From an uncultured Chloroflexia bacterium (lineage in GTDB: Bacteria; Chloroflexota; Limnocylindria; QHBO01): a DNA stretch of 64,000 bases. The stretch lies in the NCBI GenBank assembly GCA_963814375.1, contig CAWFCQ010000004.1, positions 192,001 through 256,000 on the forward strand, written 5' to 3'. Both the position numbers and the translations under genes were made by a program. The notes beneath the pieces are model-generated. The model did no database searches. It worked only from the letters and a program-made list of their open reading frames with translations, and was not told where the DNA came from. This document shows positions 59,076 to 64,000 of the stretch, piece after piece; position 1 is the stretch's first letter; each line of letters starts with the position of its first letter.

Positions 59076-60374
59076 ATGCCCAGAACCAGGACCGGCGCCC
59101 GCGCCCCCGAAAAGGACCGCGAGCTTGCGCGGCGGATCGGCCTCCGTATCCGCGAAGCCCGTCATCGCGCCGGCATGACCCAGCAGCAGCTCGCCGGCGA
59201 GCGCTACACAAAGGCATACGTGAGCGCCCTCGAGACGGGGATCGCCCGGCCCTCGATGGTCGCTCTCAGCTTCCTCTGCGAGCGCCTCGGCCTGCCGGCC
59301 AGCCACTTTATCGACGAGGCCAATCCGGTGTGGACGCGGCTCGAGGTCGACATGCGCCTCGCCGCCGGCGACTGGCAGACGGCAGCCGACGGCTACGAGA
59401 GCCTTCTCGCCGACGCGTCCGACGACTCGATGCGCGCCGACCTGCTCCGCGGCCTGGCCGAGGCATCGGCGCGTCTCGACCGCGGCACCGAGGCGATCGC
59501 GGCCGCTTCGGAGGCGACGCGCATCTACGCAGCCGCCGGGCGTGAGGCCGATGCCGCGCTGGCGCGCTACTGGATGGCATACGGCCTCTATCAGTCCGAC
59601 AACGAGCTCGATGCCCGCAGCGTCCTGACGGCGCTGCTCGAGCAGGTGCGTGGCGGGCTCCACGTCGAGCCGGACTTCGAGATGCGGCTTCTCACCTCGC
59701 TGGCGGCGGTCGAGTCGCGAGCCGGGCAGCCGTCGCGGGCGCTCACATACCTGGAGGAGGCGCGAGGGCTGGCCGCCGACCTCGACGACCGGCGGCGGGC
59801 CGCATTCCTCTTCAACCTGGCCATCAACTACCGCGAGGTCGGCGACTTCGAGGCGGCCATCCGGGCCGGCACGCAGGGCATGGCGCTCTATCGAGCTGCG
59901 GGCGCGATCTTCGAGTCAGCTCGGATCGAGAACGACCTGGCCCTGGCCTACCTCGCCACCGGGCAGATCGAGCGCGCGCGCGAGCTGGCCTCCGACGCGC
60001 GCCACCAGATTGAAGAAACCGGCGACGAGCGTTGGATGGCCGCAGTGGTCGACACCGAGGCACAGGTCGCCCTTGCCAGCGGGGACGTGGACGAGGCGCT
60101 GCGCCTGGCCAGCGTGGCGCGCGGCCACGCGGCCCGCAGCGGCAACGAGTTCAACGGGCTGATGGCGATGCTGACCGAGGCTCGCGCCCTGCGTGTCGGT
60201 GGCCGCAACGCCGAGGCCGAGGAGCGCTTCGCGGAGGCCGCCACGATCGCCCGAGCCAGCCGAGCACCAAGCCGGCTCCGCGAGGTCCTGCGGGAGTGGG
60301 CCGACCTTCGCGCCGAGTCAGGTGATCACCGCGGCGCCTACGAGCTCTCGAGCGAGGCGCTCGCGGTCAATTGA
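59076..60374 (+). CDS. XRE-HTH plus TPR transcriptional regulator (RRNPP/NprR-PlcR-like)
   Basis: RIREARHRAGMTQQQLAG..TKAYVSALETG..PS; TPR-like helices FLFNLAINY, RIENDLALAY. Confidence 0.88.
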   Translation: MPRTRTGARAPEKDRELARRIGLRIREARHRAGMTQQQLAGERYTKAYVSALETGIARPSMVALSFLCERLGLPASHFIDEANPVWTRLEVDMRLAAGDWQTAADGYESLLADASDDSMRADLLRGLAEASARLDRGTEAIAAASEATRIYAAAGREADAALARYWMAYGLYQSDNELDARSVLTALLEQVRGGLHVEPDFEMRLLTSLAAVESRAGQPSRALTYLEEARGLAADLDDRRRAAFLFNLAINYREVGDFEAAIRAGTQGMALYRAAGAIFESARIENDLALAYLATGQIERARELASDARHQIEETGDERWMAAVVDTEAQVALASGDVDEALRLASVARGHAARSGNEFNGLMAMLTEARALRVGGRNAEAEERFAEAATIARASRAPSRLREVLREWADLRAESGDHRGAYELSSEALAVN

Positions 60375-60412
60375 GTGTTGACAGGTGCGGTCGGGGGACC
60401 GTACGCTGTCGG

Positions 60413-60482
60413 CCGACGAGTCGGATGGGCACGCCGACTTGCCTGACGGGATCGGAGATGGGGCACGTCTCCGGTCCCTTTT
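60413..60482 (+). ncRNA. Putative ~70-nt two-hairpin sRNA with GGGCAC loops
   Basis: TTGACA(60378)-N18-TACGCT promoter; two hairpins with a shared loop motif; ends in TTTT. Confidence 0.6.
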
Positions 60483-60503
60483 CGCGTCCCATTCGCGTTC
60501 CCA

Positions 60504-61061
60504 TCAGGGGCTCGCCGAGCCACTCGGCACCGGTTCGACCAGCGTGAACGTCCCCCCGGCGATCGGCGCGGCGTTGGGGTCAAGGTGGATCCGCATCTCG
60601 TAGGTCCCGGCGCCCCACGCGTCGAGTAGCGCCGCCGCTGCGACCGTGAAGCCGATCACGGTCCGATCGTCGGGGACGGTCTGCGCCTCGACCGGCGCCT
60701 GGACCTGCTCGCTGGGCGATGGATCGATGCGCTGCACCTCGACGAAGATCGCGGCCGCCGCCGGCGATCCCGCCACGGCATAGGCGAAGGTGTCGCCACG
60801 GGCGAAGCGATCGGTTTCCGAGCCGTCTGCGATGGCGCCGCTGGGGGCGAGGGCTGCGCCGAACTCGATCGGCAGCAGCTCTGCGCCGGTGCCAGCGGCG
60901 GACGGGCTCGCGCCGGGTGCGGCCGTGTCACCCTCGCCACCCAGCAGCCGCACGATCCCCGCCACGCCGAGGATGAGGACCACGGCGACCAGCCAGCCGC
61001 CGATCCGCATGGCCCGCGGCGACAGCGAGATCCGACGTCCGGGACCGGGCCGTCGCGCCAT
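60504..61061 (-). CDS. Single-TM hypothetical protein
   Basis: Basic N-terminus, TM, beta-rich domain. Confidence 0.7.
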   Translation of the reverse strand: MARRPGPGRRISLSPRAMRIGGWLVAVVLILGVAGIVRLLGGEGDTAAPGASPSAAGTGAELLPIEFGAALAPSGAIADGSETDRFARGDTFAYAVAGSPAAAAIFVEVQRIDPSPSEQVQAPVEAQTVPDDRTVIGFTVAAAALLDAWGAGTYEMRIHLDPNAAPIAGGTFTLVEPVPSGSASP

Positions 61062-61176
61062 CGACCGGTTTCGGAGGGGCCGCAGACGCTGTCGGATCGC
61101 CGAGGCCTGACCGCGACTGCCGGTGCTCATCTGCACCGTCCACTGTATCGGGGCGGTGCACGGTACGATGGGCCTC

Positions 61177-61704
61177 ATGACACGGCGGCTGTTCATCTTC
61201 GACGAACCCGATCGATTCGTGGCCGGCACGGTCGGTCAGCCCGGCGATCGGGCCTTCTACCTCCAGGCTCGGAAGGGCGGCGCGCTGGTCAGCGTCGGCA
61301 TCGAGAAGGTGCAGGTCGCCGTGCTCGCCCAGCGACTGGATGACCTGCTCGACGCCGTCGATGCGCCCGCAGGCGCCGAACCCGGCGAGGAGCACGGGCT
61401 CGAGGAGCCTGTCGTCGAGCTGTTCCGTGTCGGAGCCATGGCGCTTGCATGGGACGCGGGCACCGGCGCCGTGGTGATCGAGGCTCAGACGCCGACCGAG
61501 GACGGGGAGTACGCCGAGCTGCCTGATGACGCCGATGATGGACCCGACCTGCTCAGGGTCCGGATCGACGCAACCAACGCTCGCGGCTTCGTGCGCCGAG
61601 CTGAGGCTCTCGTGGGCGCCGGGCGCCCGGCCTGCCCGTTCTGCGGCCAGCCGCTCGACGCGCAGGGCCACTTCTGCGCGCGCGGCGACGGCCAGCTCAA
61701 CTGA
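61177..61704 (+). CDS. DUF3090 family protein
   Basis: FVAGTVGQPGDRAFYLQA..EKVQV..GRPACPFCGQPLD..GHFC. Confidence 0.9.
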   Translation: MTRRLFIFDEPDRFVAGTVGQPGDRAFYLQARKGGALVSVGIEKVQVAVLAQRLDDLLDAVDAPAGAEPGEEHGLEEPVVELFRVGAMALAWDAGTGAVVIEAQTPTEDGEYAELPDDADDGPDLLRVRIDATNARGFVRRAEALVGAGRPACPFCGQPLDAQGHFCARGDGQLN

Positions 61705-61708
61705 GCTG

Positions 61709-62302
61709 ATGGTCGAGCCGCTCGACCCACCGCTTCGGGTCGACTGGCTCGACGCCGACGACGTCGGAGACGGGCTCCCCGGCCGGCTGGGGTTGACCTT
61801 CCTTCCCGGCAAGCACGGCGCTTCGACGCGCTATCCCGGGCGCGTCTATCGCCGTGAGCTGAGCCGCGACCTGGCGAGCCTGCGTGGCTCCGGCGTGCGT
61901 CTGCTGCTCCTCCTGGTCGAGGATCACGAGCTGGAGCGCTGGGGGGAGCCGGAGATCGTCGCCCGAGCCGCTGAGGCGGGGCTGCGCATCGAGCGCCGCC
62001 CGGTGCCCGACGGTCACGCGCCGGCATCGGTCACGGAGATGGACGCGATGATCGCCACGCTGACCGGCGTGCGAAGGTCTGGCGACGTGGCGGTGGCGTG
62101 CATGGGAGGCGTGGGTCGAACCGGGATGGTCGCCGCCTGCGCGCTCGTGTCGGGCGGACGCGCCGCCGCCGACGCGATCGTCCGGGTGCGGGCGGTGCGG
62201 CATCCGACCGCCGTGGAGACGGCGGAGCAGGTCGCCTTCGTCCGTGCCTACGAAGGTCACATTGCCACGAGGGACCCTCGCTCGGGTACGGTGGCGACAT
62301 GA
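61709..62302 (+). CDS. Cys-dependent protein phosphatase (CDKN3-like)
   Basis: GLTFLPG, PVPD, CMGGVGRT (CX5R), AVETAEQ. Confidence 0.88.
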   Translation: MVEPLDPPLRVDWLDADDVGDGLPGRLGLTFLPGKHGASTRYPGRVYRRELSRDLASLRGSGVRLLLLLVEDHELERWGEPEIVARAAEAGLRIERRPVPDGHAPASVTEMDAMIATLTGVRRSGDVAVACMGGVGRTGMVAACALVSGGRAAADAIVRVRAVRHPTAVETAEQVAFVRAYEGHIATRDPRSGTVAT

Positions 62303-62931
62303 ACGAGCGATGGGTCTGCAAGCGCTGCTTCGCCGACAACGAGGCATCGAGCGGCGCCTGTGTGAAGTGTGGGCTGACGCGCGGCGCGGAATCGAGCGAG
62401 TCGGACCGCGCCACCTGGGTCGCGGCGTCGCCCGCGGGGGCGCCGGCCGAGCGCCCGGCCTGGCAGCGGTGGCTGCGCTACTGGTGGGTGCCGGCACTGG
62501 CGGTCGTGCTGCTGGTCGGGTATTTCGCGAGCGCCCGTCGCGGGGATGACGGCTCGCTTGAGAACGCCGGGACGCTCAGCGTCGAGGATCTCCGGACCGG
62601 TGACTGCTTCAACGGTGGGGACGAGACCGAGATCAGCGACGTGGACGGCGTGCCATGCACCGAGGCACACGAGTACGAGGTCTTCGCGGTCGCGACGCAC
62701 GAAGCCGAGTCGCTTCCGACCGATACGGAGATGGATGGCATCTTCATCTCCCGGTGCGAGCCGCCATTCGAGGCCTTCGTCGGCACCCCCTACGCCGAGT
62801 CCGAGCTCTACGGCTCGATGATCACCCCTTCGGAGGAATCCTGGAACGACGGGGACCGGAGCTTCGTCTGCATCCTCTACGACCCCGAGAATCCCGAGCT
62901 CACGTCGTCGATGCAGGGTGCGAACCGCTAG
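62299..62931 (+). CDS. Zn-finger plus TM plus septum-formation-family domain protein
   Basis: WVCKRC..CVKC; GDCFN, VPCTEAHEYEV, PSEESW..GDR..C. Confidence 0.85.
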   Translation: MNERWVCKRCFADNEASSGACVKCGLTRGAESSESDRATWVAASPAGAPAERPAWQRWLRYWWVPALAVVLLVGYFASARRGDDGSLENAGTLSVEDLRTGDCFNGGDETEISDVDGVPCTEAHEYEVFAVATHEAESLPTDTEMDGIFISRCEPPFEAFVGTPYAESELYGSMITPSEESWNDGDRSFVCILYDPENPELTSSMQGANR

Positions 62932-64000
62932 CGGTTTCCGCGAGCTCCGCGAACTGGCATAGCGCGTTCGCCAGCCGCATCTGCGCCGGCGTTCTGGCTC
63001 GAACCCGAAGCAGGGCGGGTTCGGCGACCACGACCGCGACACACCGCGCCCGAGAGGTGGCGACGTTGAGCCGGTTCCGGGAGTACAGGAAGCCCATGCC
63101 ACGTGGCGCGTCCTCCGGCGAGCTGGACGTCATCGAATAGATGCTGACCGGCGCCTCCTGACCCTGGAACTTGTCGACCGTGCCGACTCGCGCCTCCGGC
63201 GGCAGAAGCGCGGCGATCGCCCCGACCTGGGCGTTGTAGGGGGCGACGACGAGTACCTCGCGGTACGTGATGGGGTGTTCCAAGCCGTCCTTGTCAATCC
63301 ATGTCGATCGACTGTCGACGATGGCGCGCACGAGCCCAGCCACCTGGTGCGCTTCCTCGGCGGAGATGCTGTCAGCGCCGACGTGATCGGCCGCGACCAG
63401 GCGTATGCCGGAGCCTCGCATCGGCTCCGGGCCGAACAGGCGCTGGGTCTCCAGGTTCGGACGTGACGCGAGTTTGCGCTCGTAGAACGCAGTTGATGTA
63501 AACGCCGTTACCGCGGGATGGAGCCGCCACGTGTGCTGGAGGAACAGGCCGAGCTCCTCCGGGATCGCGTCGTGTTCGCCGAGCAGGTGTGCCAGCGCCG
63601 AGCGATCCGCACCCGGCGGGTGCGAACCCTGGAGCGGCTGCTCGAGCTGCTGCGGGTCGCCGAGGAGCACGATGGAACGCGCCCCGCCGGACATGGCCAG
63701 CACGTTGGCCAGCGACATCTGCCCGGCCTCGTCGACGAAGAGGACATCGACGATCTCGCGGCTCGTGTCGGCTGCCCACAGCCAGACCGTGCCGGCGGCA
63801 ACGTTGAATCGACCGCGGGCGAGTCCGTCCTGCACGGCCGCGTTGTCTCCCACGTGCGTCACCCGGTCGTCCTCTGCCCGCGCTGAGCCGTCCGATACCT
63901 TCTGAGCGGCGCGCACCTCGACGACGCCGGTGGCTGCGGCGAGGACCTCCTCGAGAAAGTGCGTGATCACCTTGTGGCTCATGGCGCTGATGCCGATGCT
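62900..64000 (-). CDS. Superfamily 1 (DNA2/NAM7-like; TM0106-type) helicase, C-terminal part (partial)
   Basis: VDEAGQ, LGDPQQL, APYNAQV, GTVDKFQGQEA, RLNVATSRA. Confidence 0.9.
   Translation of the reverse strand, partial: SIGISAMSHKVITHFLEEVLAAATGVVEVRAAQKVSDGSARAEDDRVTHVGDNAAVQDGLARGRFNVAAGTVWLWAADTSREIVDVLFVDEAGQMSLANVLAMSGGARSIVLLGDPQQLEQPLQGSHPPGADRSALAHLLGEHDAIPEELGLFLQHTWRLHPAVTAFTSTAFYERKLASRPNLETQRLFGPEPMRGSGIRLVAADHVGADSISAEEAHQVAGLVRAIVDSRSTWIDKDGLEHPITYREVLVVAPYNAQVGAIAALLPPEARVGTVDKFQGQEAPVSIYSMTSSSPEDAPRGMGFLYSRNRLNVATSRARCVAVVVAEPALLRVRARTPAQMRLANALCQFAELAETASGSHPASTT

Overview
High-GC bacterial chromosomal segment; gene content suggests Chloroflexota (Limnocylindria-like) or a similar Terrabacteria lineage, which is an inference only. 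In order it carries: a GntR-controlled amino-sugar/chito-oligosaccharide utilisation locus; a stand-alone LigD polymerase domain; nrdR-dcd; a copper/thiol-redox/cytochrome c cluster (CopCD-cytochrome c fusion, cupredoxin-like proteins, CcdA, TlpA, glutaredoxin) with tRNA-Arg(CCT); small stress-type genes; an ABC-2 exporter; a long operon (peptide-binding protein, peptidase MA, 2x DUF881, TldD/E, DUF951, MFS, GT2, amidohydrolase); a MerR/LLM oxidoreductase pair; tRNA-Val(GAC) followed by an accessory patch of small genes that includes a 9x tandem-repeat protein; housekeeping enzymes; full-length LigD; NfuA; and a partial superfamily 1 helicase. The most notable signal is at 58.7-60.5 kb: an XRE-HTH/TPR (RRNPP-like) regulator divergent from a 41-aa secreted propeptide gene that has its own terminator, with a tandem palindromic operator between them and a promoter/terminator-bounded two-hairpin sRNA directly downstream. 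This is a candidate peptide quorum-sensing system outside Firmicutes. Other patterns are many intergenic sigma54-type promoters before small stress genes, frequent leaderless promoters, and about 9 single-base frameshifts that are probably sequencing errors. All assignments come from reading the sequence and recognising motifs; no database searches were run.
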